64,000 bases of DNA from Rhizophagus irregularis (Eukaryota). Position numbers and translations under genes: made by a program. Below the pieces are notes generated by a model that made no database searches, was not told the origin of the DNA, and saw only the letters and a program-made list of their open reading frames with translations. Of the stretch, positions 1 through 13,933 are shown in pieces. The stretch's first letter is position 1; the number at the start of each line of letters is the position of its first letter. The stretch is taken from assembly GCF_026210795.1 (NCBI RefSeq), contig NC_089435.1, forward strand, positions 1,178,001 to 1,242,000. The letters run 5' to 3'.

Positions 1-114
1 GATCAATTTTTTATTTTATATATTATGGTAAATTCTTTTATACTAAATATATATTTTAATTTTCATAACTGAAGCGGGCAGTGAAATAGTAATAAATACC
101 GTAAGTGTTGATGG

Positions 115-230
115 TAAAATGAATGTCGGTAAAATGAGTGTCGGTCGGTGAAATTGATTGTCAGTAATATGAGTGTCGGTAAAATGATTGTCGGTAAAAT
201 GATTGTCGGTAAAATGATTGTCGGTAATGT
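115..230. repeat. 15-bp tandem repeat (TCGGTAAAATGATTG), probably the subterminal array of a DNA transposon
   Basis: About 7 imperfect copies. The reverse-complement motif (TTTTACCGACA) recurs near 499-550. Confidence 0.7.
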
Positions 231-685
231 GAACGGGTCCCAATCATGCGTATTATTTATTTTTATTATATTTTATTATTCTATATTTATTAATAGACTA
301 ATTTAGATATTTCCATTAATTGATAAAATATTATAATTCATATTACAATATTTAATGCTGTAGCATACATATCACATATATTTTCTTAGTTCTCTATTTT
401 TTTTTATTTTGCAATATTTGCGTTATAAAAAATTTTTTTTTTTTAAAAAGATTGAAGCCATAATAATATGTATTCTATAATCTATGTCGCATCCACCCAT
501 TTTACCAACACACGTCATTTTTCCTACATGCTATTGTTTTACCGACATCACATTTTTCCAAAACCTTGACGACAAATGCACCTCTTCGTTGATCGGCAAA
601 GGATATAACCTTATCTATTATATCCTCCATGGAAACCACGATTTTTATTGGCCAATATTAAGCAGTGATCATGTGACCTTGTAAG

Positions 686-866
686 CGCGGACATTTTTGT
701 CCTCATTAATTTGAGGACGTGATTTTTGCCCTCACAACTATAAGGACACAGTTATCCTGAGGACATAATTTTGTCCTCGCAATTTTGAGGACATTTTGTC
801 CTCACAACTGATTTTTGTCCTCACAACTATAATGACGTTATTGTCCTTGTAATTTGAGGACATTTC
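686..866. repeat. Array of alternating GTCCTCA/TGAGGAC inverted motifs (transposon subterminal-like)
   Basis: Repeated TTTGTCCTC...TGAGGAC units about 30-40 bp apart. Confidence 0.6.
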
Positions 867-1022
867 TGTGATTCGGGTTAACGATTAGCGTAATTTAAGT
901 TTAACATGATTTATAATATTTTAATATTTTAATCAATCAATTTAAATTTATTAGTCAACGCTTATATTTCCTTATAAGATGAATAGAATTATTTTTGGTA
1001 TAATAGGTTTTTGAGTAACATC

Positions 1023-1485
1023 TAAGGGCGGATGATCATGGTTCAGTGAACTGCGGTTTGAACTGAGTCAACTCGTTTCATGGTTCAGTTCGCTAAACAC
1101 AGTTGACTCAGTTTGAAATGAACTGAACCGACTGAACCAAACCGAACCGAACCATATGAACTGAACTAGATTTAGTTATAAAATAAATTTATTTTTTTAT
1201 TATTATTTAACTTTTACAAAATTTTTTATTTGTTTAGTTCTCAATATGTAATAATAGTGTAAATTTAATAGATTTAATAAATAAAAGTCATATGAAAACC
1301 ATATAAAATACTATTCAATTACAGTATATTGTTTAATTATATGATTGAATAATCAAGCAATAACAAAACTTTTGAACTGAATTGTTTGGTTTAGACCAAA
1401 TGGACCGGTTCAGTTCGGTTCGAACCTTTGAACTGAACCATGGTTCAGTTCGCTCAAGGCATGAACTGAACCGTGACCATCCCTA
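1023..1485. mobile_element. Degenerate hAT-like MITE
   Basis: The right end ...GAACCGTGACCATCCCTA is an imperfect inverse of the left end AGGGCGGATGATCATGGTTCAG. GAACTGAACC/GGTTCAGTTC motifs cluster at both ends. No clean TSD. Confidence 0.6.
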
Positions 1486-1914
1486 CTATAGGATTACGTG
1501 ATATCCCCTTTTATAAAGTATCTCTTATAACTGAGAAATCCCAAAATATTCTATTATATCATTTAGGGAATTGTATGTTTATTATTATTACAGTATGACA
1601 AAAATTAAGAATCAGATGAAAATATTTTTTGTTAGGATATTTACCGAGAGACAGCAAAAAATGCACTTGTCAAATAATCTCGACGCCTCATACATCAATA
1701 CATGATTGAGCAGTCGTTATTATACTATGCATGCAGAAAAATATCAGGAACATGTGCGTTGTGGTGGTTCATGGTATTAAATTAATAAAATCATATTATG
1801 TTAGATGATGCTAAAAGAACTCCAAGACACTTTTTTAGCTACACTATTATAATGATTAACCACGGACAAAAGTACCAAAGGATGCAAAGGTGCAATATAT
1901 ACAGTATTAGCAAA

Positions 1915-2095
1915 AAGGAAAGAAGTTGAAAAAGTTAAAGAAATTACTGAAGACGAAGTAGTGGATTTGATTAGGAAGTTCAGGCGGGGGAGATAGGAAT
2001 TGGATAAGATAGTAGCGGGTCCATCATCAATCATCTAAATTAAAAAGGATAATGTAACAGCGGAGAAAGTAATAGATATTATTATTAACCAACAA
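1915..2095 (+). pseudogene. Degraded fragment paralogous to the 2777-3862 ORF
   Basis: Translates as EVEKVKEITEDEVVDLIRKFR...KKDNVTAEKVIDII, compared with KNEVVEMIKNWR...KKDNVATEEVVDII in the neighbouring ORF. Contains an in-frame stop. Confidence 0.55.
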
Positions 2096-2242
2096 AGAGA
2101 AGATTACTTATACAGGTTATAATTTTTCTGCTACAAAAATGAAGGTTGATCGCAGACGTACGGTTGTCGTATGGAAAATGTAATTTTGTGAGGAGGTATA
2201 GGTTAAGTAGGTTCAAAGGTCATAAAAGGGTTTACCGTTAAA

Positions 2243-3883
2243 TTTTTTTTTTTTTTTTTTTTTAAAACTGTAATGCATCTTTATTAAGGTCTATGGTCTA
2301 TTGACTACCCTAAAATACAAGACACATAGAGCCAACATGTTTATACATCATGTCAACCCTATAACAGAGTAATCGGAACTAAACTACTGAAATACATTAC
2401 AGAAAATAATAAAATAAATACAATACCTGACAAAATAAAATATATAAAACTAGCAAACTAAACTATTTTTGAAACCTAACTATTTGAATTCTAATTTTTA
2501 AGGTGTAGGATTAAAGTGAGAAATGTAATGTGTAATAGCGTTCAGATCTACAGCTTTAAAAGATGAGTCCCAACGGTCTCACATCCAAACAGTTTATTCC
2601 ACCAAATCCCCCTATACCTACAAAAAATAAAAGTTAGTATTCTAAACTAAAACTAGAATAAAAAGAAAAGAAAAAACATTTTTGTTATTTTTATTATCGG
2701 AAAATTTTTGATGTGAATCACGTGACTTCGATTAAAATGTAATTCCTTCCTCTTCGTAATCCTAATCTCGCTCCCTTTATTGTCTCTTCCTGTTACCCTT
2801 TTTCTTCTTTTTACCTTTCTTCTTTGACGGTGATGCTTCAGGTTCTGCTTCTTTTTCCTCTTCTTCTTCTGTATCTTCGTTTTGTGATGGCGAAAAAGAT
2901 AGGAGTTGCTCTCGTTGCCTTCGTTCTTTATATAATTCGGTGAAAGCTTTGTTTCTTTCTTCTTCGTCCTCTATCTCGCTCCATTTGCTCAGCGATTCTA
3001 AAATTGGTCTCTTTTCTCCAATTTTCTTTTCATCTTGGTATCTATTTTCATCCTCCAATCTTTGTTTAAAATTATCGTTCAGGGTTGTATATTCCTGGAA
3101 TATTTTTGTTTTTTCTGCTAAACTGATAATTTTTTGTCCTAATCGGAAAAAATTGTTTCTCTCCATTGCCCATGCTTTAGCTTTCTCCAATGATTTTATA
3201 TTGTTCTCTTCACTCACTAAATGCAGGGCCTCTGTATTGATTCTTTCCCATTCCATTTCGTTGGACGTTTGATCGAAGACATTTTTCACTTCCATCAATT
3301 TGTCTACCAAGCTACCATTGTGGTCTGATTCTTGATACTGAACATATTTGATTTTGTTTGTTGTTCTGTAATCTTTTATGATATCAACCACTTCTTCAGT
3401 CGCTACGTTATCTTTCTTTAGTTGTTGACCCTTGTTTTTTGAAGTATCGTTGTGATCTGGATTATTCTCTTCTCCTACTCTCCAGTTTTTGATCATCTCG
3501 ACAACTTCATTTTTGTCTGGCGTCTTGCTTATCCCTAGTGGCATTTCCACTTTTGATGGATGTAATAAGCTTTCTTTTCTTGAAGCGAAGTTCCCTAATT
3601 CTCTGTAAATTCTCTCCGGTGGTGTGTAAGGTGTCTTCAGTTCACTTGCCAGATGTAAGGGTGGACTCAACCTGTTCTCCGTAACTGTAGCCTTTTCTTG
3701 AACTATCTTCTCTCGTACTTTCTTCATCCTTGTCTTAGCATCATCGTCTTTATATATCGTCTTCTTATTTCTCACCAGCCAAACTTTATTAATATCTCCT
3801 TGTGTGCAAGAATCCTCCACTGCTTCTTCCATTTCTTTGAGGTTCTTGAAATATCCAATCACTTTCCAATTTTTTGTGATTTT
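2243..3883 (-). mobile_element. 5'-truncated poly(A)-tailed retroposed element with a 15-17 bp TSD
   Basis: GGGTTTACCGTTAAA(TT) at 2228-2244 and 3884-3900. T21 run at 2243-2263 abuts the left copy. Confidence 0.9.
2777..3883 (-). CDS. Charged coiled-coil protein, possibly the C-terminal part of a non-LTR retrotransposon ORF1 (5'-truncated)
   Basis: The 361-aa ORF stays open up to the TSD (KITKNWKVIGYF...). K/E-rich with a basic C-terminus. No RT motifs. Confidence 0.55.
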   Translation of the reverse strand, partial: KITKNWKVIGYFKNLKEMEEAVEDSCTQGDINKVWLVRNKKTIYKDDDAKTRMKKVREKIVQEKATVTENRLSPPLHLASELKTPYTPPERIYRELGNFASRKESLLHPSKVEMPLGISKTPDKNEVVEMIKNWRVGEENNPDHNDTSKNKGQQLKKDNVATEEVVDIIKDYRTTNKIKYVQYQESDHNGSLVDKLMEVKNVFDQTSNEMEWERINTEALHLVSEENNIKSLEKAKAWAMERNNFFRLGQKIISLAEKTKIFQEYTTLNDNFKQRLEDENRYQDEKKIGEKRPILESLSKWSEIEDEEERNKAFTELYKERRQREQLLSFSPSQNEDTEEEEEKEAEPEASPSKKKGKKKKKGNRKRQ

Positions 3884-4149
3884 GGGTTTACCGTTAAATT
3901 GCTGACGATAACTGTTATCATTTCAAACACCACCAAATTTTCTACCCACGTGACCTAAAAATGTTCATCATCGTTTCACTGTTTATATTTATCTGAGGCA
4001 AAATTGTTTTTCCTTAAATGTCACCGGTCACATGGGATAGAATTTTAATTATAAAATTGTTGCTGTTACACCGGTTACATATACTGTAAATTGTAACGTT
4101 GCAATTCATGTTTTTTTTTTATTTTTCAAATAAAAAAAAATTATTTATA

Positions 4150-5655
4150 ATGGATTATTATAAATTTATATCGCAAAGCTTAACTCAAAATTTGCTTGAA
4201 ATTTTAGATGATGATGAGTATTATGATATTACTATTGAAGTTGGTAATGACCCATATGTCAAAATATTCCGTGCTCATAGGGTCATTTTATATTATCGTT
4301 CTCCTTATTTACGAAGAATTCTGTTAACTAATGAAAAGAAAAAGGATGGAACGTTAACACATATTAAATTACCGAATATTTTACCTGAAACTTTTAAAGA
4401 AATTTTAAGGTAAAAAAAAAAAAATTATAAATTATAAATTATTCAGTATACAATATATATATGTATTAGTTTAAACTAAACGTTTTTATTTTTTAGGTAT
4501 ATTTACAGTGGAGTTATTTCCTTAGATGAATATAATGTCTCAGATATCATTAAAATATTGGTCGCAGCTGAAGAACTTGGTCTTAAAGAATTAATTATTC
4601 TTCTACAATATTATTTAATAGAAAACAAACCAGAATGGATGAAGCTAAATTTTAATGATGTATATCGAATAATTTTTGAAAATAATTCTTTTTCAGAACT
4701 CCGAAATTATTGTAATAAATTAATATCTGACGAGCCAGATAAAATATTCAAATCATTAGATCTCTCTTCGACTCCAGAAAAACTTTTGATCAAACTTATT
4801 CAAACCGATAATTTAAAAATGAGTGAAGTACAAGTATGGGACCATGTGGTTAAATGGGGACATGCTAAAAATCCAGAACTTCCCTCAGATCCTACAAATT
4901 TTTTAAAGGAAGATTTTAATACTCTAAAAAATAGTTTACAACAATTTATTGAATTTATTGATTTCTATAATTTAACTTCTGAAGAATTTTCAGACAAAGT
5001 ATTGCCTTATAGAAAAATTTTATCAAAGGAATTGTATAATGAGTTATTAAAACATTACTTAAAACCCAATAATCAATCAATTAATAGATCCAATGTTGAT
5101 TCAATAAGTATTGACTCTGAGATTATCACATCTCAACACGCTGAATTAATTTTGAAATGGATTAATGTGAATTACTCGAATACTTTTACTTCAATATTTT
5201 CAAAATTTATTTATAAAGACAATACTACGTTCAAATTATTACTTCGTGGATCTCGTGATGGATTTACAACTTTTAAATTTCATGAAATCTGTGATAATCA
5301 ATCTCATACTGTAGTAATTATTAAAGTGAAAGATAGTAATGAAATTCTTGGAGGATATAATCCTATTGCATGGAAATCTAATTGTAGTTACGGTAATACT
5401 AAAGATAGTTTTATATTCTCTTTTAAAGATAGTGATGATATTGAAAGTTATACTTTAAGTCGTGTAAAAGATGAAAACAATGCTATATTTAACTACTATA
5501 GTTATGGACCAGTATTTGGTTATCGTGATCTTGGTTTATTTGTAAACACTGTAGACTCTGGTTATTGTCGTAATGGTTGTTATGAAAACCAAATCAGAAA
5601 AACTACTGGTGATTTTCTAGTAGAAGAATATGAAATATTTCAAGTTATCAAATAA
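4150..5655 (+). CDS. BTB/POZ-BACK-TLDc domain protein (exons 4150-4409, 4497-5655)
   Basis: BTB motif YDITIEVG...FRAHRVILYYRSPY; a GT-AG intron restores ILRYIYSG; BACK-like MSEVQVWDHVVKWG; TLDc motifs LLRGSRDGF...ILGGYNP...GPVFG...EEYEIFQV. Confidence 0.92.
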
Positions 5656-8600
5656 TGTTAGTTTATGTTCGTTTAAGTTCTTTTTATTTCTTATTATCAT
5701 ACTTATATTTATCTTTTTTTTTCTTAAAATTTACAATTTATATAATTTTTAACTTGATAACTTATCCTATTAAATGTATATTTGACAATACTAATTTATC
5801 CATCAATTCTAAACATGTTTAATTCGCGAGGACATTAAATTTTACATGTTTTTATTGTATAAATAAAGTGATAAAATAAATTTTTTTATTTATTAAGGAA
5901 ATTAAAGTTATTCTTAATTGACAATAAGTTGATATAAAGAATAAGATTGTAACAAAATATCTTTTTTTAGTATTGACTTTTTCAAAAACTTATTAACCTT
6001 CAAATTTTGGTATGATAAACTCACTATATTTATGCATGATAAAAGTTTGAGTATGGGTTGTCTATTGAGTATTGTATGACGTAATAACTGATGTTGAGTA
6101 TAGTGTATGAAATTTACTATACTCCGTTGTATGTATGTAACATTTAAAACATGTATTGTATTAATTAATTTGCAAAGAGTAATTAGTATAAAATGCGGAT
6201 TTCATTTTTATTTAATTAATTCAAATTTTTACTTTTATAATTTACAATTGATAAAGCTATTCTAACTTCAATAAAACTATTCTAACATTAACTTTAACTC
6301 CCGCTCCTTCTCAAGGTTAGACAGTTCCATTACGCGAACTTTTGCTTCACATTCTCTTAATAAAATTTCACGTTCTTTTAAAGCTAGTTTCCTCTCTCGA
6401 TATTCAAGCTCAGTTTAAATTTTCTTTATTATTATTATCATCACAATTATCATCGGAACCAGAAATTGTGACAATTGTTTTGGTTTTCTTGTTAGAATTT
6501 GCACGTCTACATTTCACAGTTGATTTTGTAATGTTCGATTTTTTAACCTGTGCATTAGCTAATATATAAAAAAAATTAATAAAATAAATCATAATAAAGA
6601 TTTTTAATTACCTTTACATTTGTTAGACTGAACATTGTGAGTTATGGGTCCTTTGTCTCGCTTTCTATTGGGTATATTGTATGTTTTACGAATTTTAATG
6701 GCACTAAATCTTCTTTATCTAATCTTTGCCCTCTACAACCAATAAATGGAAATTTTATTTATATTTGTATTACTTATTGATTATTGTAGTACATATATAC
6801 GCAATAATTGCAACATACTAAGTATATACGCAGTAGTAGTCTGTATATAATTTCACATACGATAATCATTTGGTCCACCATACTATACTACTATTCGTAT
6901 TACTTGACATAAACATGATTGTTGTATTAAATAATACAATAATGCTTTCTCCAATAGTAGTATATAGTGATGAGTTTAAATTTTTTACATTAAAACTGAT
7001 TGAATTATTCTGCTAGGATTTCCTTATAACAAACCTACACCTTTCCTAAGTTTTAGAAGTTTGCAATAATACTATTAACTATTGATTGATCATTGTGTGA
7101 TTCTTTGAAAGAAAATTTTGAAATACACTATAATATTTAACAAAATAAAAATTGTAGAGATATATAACTTTTTGTATCGGGAGCTAGGACTAAAGATATT
7201 ACAGAATACATCTGAATTTCATAAAATCATAGCTAAATACTTACACAAAGTCTTTAAACTAAAAAGATAACCTTGAATAAAAACATGAGTTCACTAATTA
7301 ATCATAAATAACATATCTAACTTCATCCAGCTAAGATATCAAAGGGCTAGGAACACATTATTAGGTTGTTGTATTCCTTTATGAAAATGGAATAACCCTA
7401 TTGAAAATCTATTCAAAACTATTGATGCTTAGTGTTGCTGAAGTTACTGAACAAGAAATTTATGACAATTATTACATAATATGAACTAGTACAGGTATAC
7501 AACTATAGGAAATCTCAAACTTGTCACTAGATATAATAATTTAGTCAAGAGTACAACATACAGTAAATTGCAAAATATTATAGATGATATCAATAATGAA
7601 ATAAATAAAGATTATATTTTACAGAAATTAATGAGTATTGTAGGCCTTTCATTGACATGTTCAGTTGTACTGTAATAACAAACAGGCTAATTAAAAATTT
7701 CCTTGTAGATGCAAGTATATATACTAATTATATCTATGGCTCCTCAATCATTAATATTATAAATGTCTTTGGTATAATAATCCTATTATAAATTTCCTTG
7801 TTTTAGATTGTTATAGACACAGACGAGGAAAATTGATAATATTAAAGCCTTCCTAAATGGTAACATTAGTTTCAAAAATCATCATTTTAAGCGGCCAATT
7901 AGAAATACAGTATTTAGTTTATTTCATAGCAATACATGTATTCTATTTTTTGATTTTTGCAGTAAAATTACATCCAATCATATGGTTTACTACAGGAGGG
8001 GCAAAATTGAGTTATTTAATAATTTGTTTTATGATCAGCTTTTCAAATACTATAAATTTAAGAAATTGGAATGCTTTAACATGTATTATTACAAATCCAT
8101 TATTAAATTAAGTTTATAACTTTATTTAATGCAAAAGAATTCAATTATTTTGTGGACTTTCAATCATACTAAATTTTATTATGTGTTCTTTTTTTTAATA
8201 TTCTTCAAAATTGCAATATTATAAAATACTTAATAATTATACTAATTATTGATAACATTTAAATGGGTTATATTTGATTTTATAATTAATTCAAAGTGTT
8301 TTACCAACTGGTTTATTGAGATTATTGAAGGTAAGCGATGTTATACCCTTATACATGTCCCTGATGGTAATAGATATAGCTTATAAGGTTAATAAATGAC
8401 TCCTGGAAACATCATGTATATAAATTTTTTGATTGCTTATTCTCTTATTTCAAGGGAGGATTACAAATGAATTGAAAATTATTAATAGAAAATATAAGTT
8501 AAAATTATGATTATAATTCATAATTGTACTTTAATGTTATAACTGGAGATTTATATTATGATAAATGGAGCCAACAATTTTAATAAATCATAATCAATCA

Positions 8601-9814
8601 TGACTCCTGCATATCTTAGTCTATGATATAGTAATATAGCAATATGTAATATTTATTTCATAGGAAACTGTAAATAAATATCATATCGTTGATTTTCATG
8701 TTGCAGCCATGAACAATCATGACTCGTGATATTCCACAGTGACTCCATGAAACAACTTATTTATATCACAATTCCAACCATAAAACTATTTAATAACCTT
8801 TTAAACTAATAATAAAAGAATTATTATTCTACTTTCTATCCATCATTTTATATAAGAGTCCTCTATGAAAATATCAAGAAAAAAAATCATGAATTATTGT
8901 GTGATAAAAGAAATATTAATCAGTTTTTCAGAATGCCTCATTTCTTTTTCAACTTCTTAAATAAAAAACATTGTGATAAAAAAAATGGCAAATCAACTAT
9001 AGTCAATCTAATAATTTCAAAAAAATTTTCACGACTTATATGACTTATATCATGTTCAAAATAATAATCAGGAAATATCTCAGGAAGATTTTCAATATCA
9101 AAAGTATATAGCTATTATAAGCGCCTCAGTATATGGATGTTTATGTATAATTGAGAATTACCAAACGAATCAAAATAATTATTTGCAATTTTATCTTGAT
9201 TTAAAGGAAGAAATTAGCAAAGAATTTTTGGTAGTTACTAAGAACCTGTTAGACAACCTCAGCCTTCTCTATAGAGCTGAACGACTTTGACAAATGCACA
9301 AGATGTTGACAACTGACAACTTATATATATAATATTAATTTTTTACTTACTGACTTACTGGGACTCTTCCAAGAATAGCTGAAAATTCATACTTTGCTAT
9401 TGTTTAAATACTTTCCCATGATACTCGTACATTAAAAATTTTTGATGGGAACCTACTATGCAATATAGAGCAGATAATTCACCTATCACTGGTCGAAGTG
9501 GGATGATTTGCATGAAGTTTATTGCCCATAAATAGCTTATAAATTTGTCGATCTCAATTACGATTAAGAAAACTCCATCAAATTTAATTTATAGATTGAA
9601 ACGGTAAAATTTATTGTAAATTTTATTATTTTAAAATTAATTTGCTAATTTATAATATATAAATTCTAATTAAATTTAATATCAATGTATATTACGCATA
9701 TTATAGCTTGGAATTTACTTGAAATATGATATTAATTTGCAACAAGCCATCTACTTAAATTTTAATTTTGCAAAGTTTTGTATCATTACAAATAACAAGA
9801 AAAAGCAAAGAGAT

Positions 9815-11968
9815 AATCATAAACTTCGTAGCCACGCTCAATTAAGGCAATGTATTACTAGACCTACGCTAAAGATAACTTTAGCAAGGCTTTCTTTATG
9901 AATTAAAGAAATTTTATACACTTTGCCAGCTGGTGAGAAAGCTTATGACTTTTAATAATTCAATTTTATCCTAAAAAACCTAGAATGTTTGCGAGAAATA
10001 ATAACTAATGTCATATTATTTATATTTGCTGTTTTTGTTATTTTGTGATGGCTAAGTTGGGCATCATAGATTTGTCTGTTTATTATTTTGAAGAGTATAA
10101 AAGAAAAAAATGCAAAGAAAATTAAAAAAAAAAAATAGTTTATTCGTGTTAAAAATAGTTAAAATAGTTTAACGTGTTATATCAATTTTCATATCTTACT
10201 ATCTTAAAATTAATGTCACGTGTATCACATGATATAATAAGATATAAACTGATAGACGCAGTTCAATGACGGATAATCTTTAAAAAATAAGTTTACGTTC
10301 TTGTCCTTCTTTCCCATAATTCCTTTCTCTCTTTCTTCTTCGTTAATTTCTTTTTCATAACTTTAATGAGCTATGGTATGAACAACTGACAAAAATTAAA
10401 GAAAATGAACAATGTTCCAAATGGCTTAAAGTTGAGGTTCAACTGAGAATGAACTGAACATTTCCGTAAATAGAACTCTCTTAGGTGATTTCTTTCTTAT
10501 TTTTATCAATTTTTGGATTTTTTTTTGTTTTATTTACCACTAATTTTTTTTTTCTTTCTATTTTTCATAGAAAATTTTTTCCAAGCGAGCCTATGATAGC
10601 TGGACTTGGAAATTAGTTTATAAACCATTTGATTAGGCTACTAAAGAAAACAAAAGTAAAAAAAATACTTTGCAATAAAACAAGAATCGGGTAGTTAGTT
10701 TGTTTTAATAGTTCATTATTAGTGTTAGAAATTAATTTTATTTTTTATTTTTTAAAGGTAACAGAGAATCTTTGTTCAGATAATTAGTAGTTTTTGGGGA
10801 TAGAGTTTCTATAAAAAATGTATTAAATGTTCCTTCTTTTTTTTTTTTTGTAGGTAACATTCTCTGGAGAGACTTTTGGACAGTAAGTAAAATTTTTGGA
10901 GGAAAGGTTTTGCCATTATCTATGAGAAACGTACTAAATTTTCCTTTTTTTATTTTTTGTAGGTAATGACTTTGACTGTGAAAGACTTTTGGATGGTGAG
11001 TTATTTCTTTTGAGAGAAGTTTATTATTTATCTATAAGAAACGTCTGACGCTTTTTTTTTAATCTTTATAGGTCTATATTTCAGACTCCAGTAGGCTATT
11101 TTAGTTCAGAATTGACTTTAAGAAACCTATTTTAAAAGAATTTTATTAACAAAACTTTTATTTTTTTTATTTTTTTAGCCTTAGGTTAACACATTTTTTA
11201 GATGGCTGATATGGCACTTTAGATCTTTGAAGCAGAATTTTGACAAGTAAAGACAAAGAAGTTTTTCTCTTATTTTGATGTGGGATTTTTTGACACATGG
11301 ACTTCTGGTAATTCTTTTTTAAAGTTCTTTTTTTTTTTGATTTAATGAAAGAAAAAGTTGGTTTTAAATTATTTTTTAACGAAATTTTTAAACTTTTTAT
11401 TTTAATACCTAACAACTTCATTTTTCGTTATTATTTAGATGAATCTTTGGCTTTTTAAATGCTGGTTTTGGTAAGATATTTTTTTCTTTAACGTTAACAA
11501 CTAAATGATTACTAACTTTTTTTTCTTTTATAGACAGACTACTTGCTCTTTGATTTCCAGGGATATCTTTGAACATGGATTTCGTAAGTTTGATTTTTTT
11601 CTTTAATTTTTTCTTTTAACAAATGAATGATCACTAATATTCATCATCTTTCTTTTTTCAGATAGTCAGTTCTTTGACTCTTTAAACGCATGAAAAACTG
11701 GTGAAGATTTTGTTTCTAATTATGCATTTCAATGAAACGTTTTTACTAACATTTCAATTTTCTCTTTTTAGACGGTCTAGATCTCTGAATCAAATGTTTA
11801 GGATCTTATAGAAAAAGGAGTTTGAGTTAGAGATCATAGGCTTTCTCACCAGCTGGCAAGGTGTATGAAATTTCTTTTAATTCATAAAGAAAGCCTTGCT
11901 AAAGTCATCTTTAGCGTAGGTCTAGTAATACATTGCCTTAATTGAGCATGGCTACGAAGTTTATGATT
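9815..11968. mobile_element. 2.15-kb unclassified element bounded by ~134-bp inverted repeats (9815-9948 / 11834-11968)
   Basis: AATCATAAACTTCGTAGCC...CAGCTGGTGAGAAAGC is near-identical to the reverse complement of 11834-11968. No long ORF and no TSD seen. Confidence 0.75.
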
Positions 11969-13933
11969 CTTAAATAGAACTTATGTCAAGTATCTTATTA
12001 TGCAATGTATTGTTTTTTAATTCTACAATGCATTTAGAGGTGTTAGCGAAGTTTCTTTATAATATACATAAAATTTATATAAAATTTATGATAATTTATT
12101 GTATTTATTGTTAATATTTTAGCTGTATATTTGCAAATATGAGCAGAATTTCATTAACATTTCTTTATAATGCAAACAATTTCATTTTAATATGTTGTAA
12201 ATTTAAATGATGTATGAAGATGTTTTATTGCAATTTAAAATACATTTATATAATGGAAACTTGCAAATTTCAAAAGACATATACACTTCATGGAAATTGG
12301 ACAAGTTTACAACTAATTTCTATGATATACATTTTAATTGGATTCAATTGAAATTATTAGTAAATCAACATGAAATGTGACATGTGTGCAAAATTTCTCT
12401 GATGTAAATATATTGCATATCACCTCACTTTGACCAGTGTATTGAACTAGTGTTATAATAAATCAATAATTTTAACAACTTTTCAGAAAACAGATTCTTA
12501 AAATATGATAATGGTGTTAAGGTTGGTTGCGTAAGTAATGATTATTATATATTGAATTACAACCTTTAGCAGTTGTTATATTATAAACATAAGCTGTAAA
12601 TTGGCTGTAAATACAGATTATTGTGGTTGGCTAAAAGTTGGTAATTACCATTATATTTAATTGACTTTTGGACTTACAACTATTTATGGAGACAAACACT
12701 AAATGGTATATTAAGAGAGATAAAATGTCTATATATTCATTCAATCTATAAGCATATGTTTAACTTCATAGTATATAAAAGTATAACATTATTGTAATTT
12801 GCTTTATAATGTAAAACCATATAATTTCTAAGAACAAGATAAAATTGGTGTTTAGAACAAAAAAAATTAGAATGAAATTTTTAAATATAGAAAAAATAGT
12901 AGCAATTATGGATTTATGGTAGTATGGGATAAAAATTGACATTGGAGAATGATTATAGAGTTAATTTAAGTTCCGTCAAATAATAGAAAGCTCAATATCC
13001 TCCTTTATTAACAACAAATCTTACATTTCTTTCTTATGATGTATACGAAAATCCCAATATCCCAGTTACAAATCCCTATTTTGGAAAAAACGGCGGTATA
13101 TAAATATATGTTATAAGAAGATGATGAAGGATCCAGGAAATATTTAGTGAAACATACTATATTACCATATTAAATTGAAAAAGACTATTTGATGATGTTG
13201 ATAACATAGAAATGTGGCTCAATATTTTATATAAGGCTTTAGAGTAGTTTATAAAATAATATAAAATTTTTCATGTTAACTTACGTTAATATTTATATAT
13301 ATTTAAATTATATAATATCAAATTAATCAACAATATTCATTTTTATACTGTAATTCATGATCATCTTACTTTTCTTCTTTATTATAAAAATTGTAAAATT
13401 ATGAAACGCTAAATAATATGTCTTATATTTCTTTTATATGAACCATTATACCCACTGTGTAAATTATTATTCCATATCTATTGTCAGAATTTCACAAATG
13501 TTACATATTTATGCTCATGTGGGCATATTCTTTCTCATATAATTTATACCAATACATTTTATGTATTGACAAAACTGCACCTATTTTATTTTATTGGACT
13601 ACAAGCATGAACTACCCAGTTGCGCCGACGATAGTTCGCGATCACGTGACTTTAACTAATTATGTCGCATTGTCGCATCGCTTTTTGTGATGACTGAATT
13701 TTTTTATTGCTGCGTATATACAATAGTCCCTTTATGATCATATATATCATAAATGCTTCATATAAAAAAAAAGTCTAAATTAATATTCTCTTAATTTTCT
13801 TCGCTACAATGACAGTATCACTATTGCAAATGATGATTTATACTATTTTAACAATTGTACTTTTGAATTTAATTCTTTATATTAATAAATCTTATTTGAT
13901 CATATCGAAAATTTAAAAATGCCATCGTATAAC

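Noticed and set aside
6300..9700. Possible decayed coding sequence
   Set aside because: Short codon-like patches are present, but there is no ORF or motif I can assign to a family.
12450..13260. Possible pseudogene fragments
   Set aside because: Too degraded to identify without a search.
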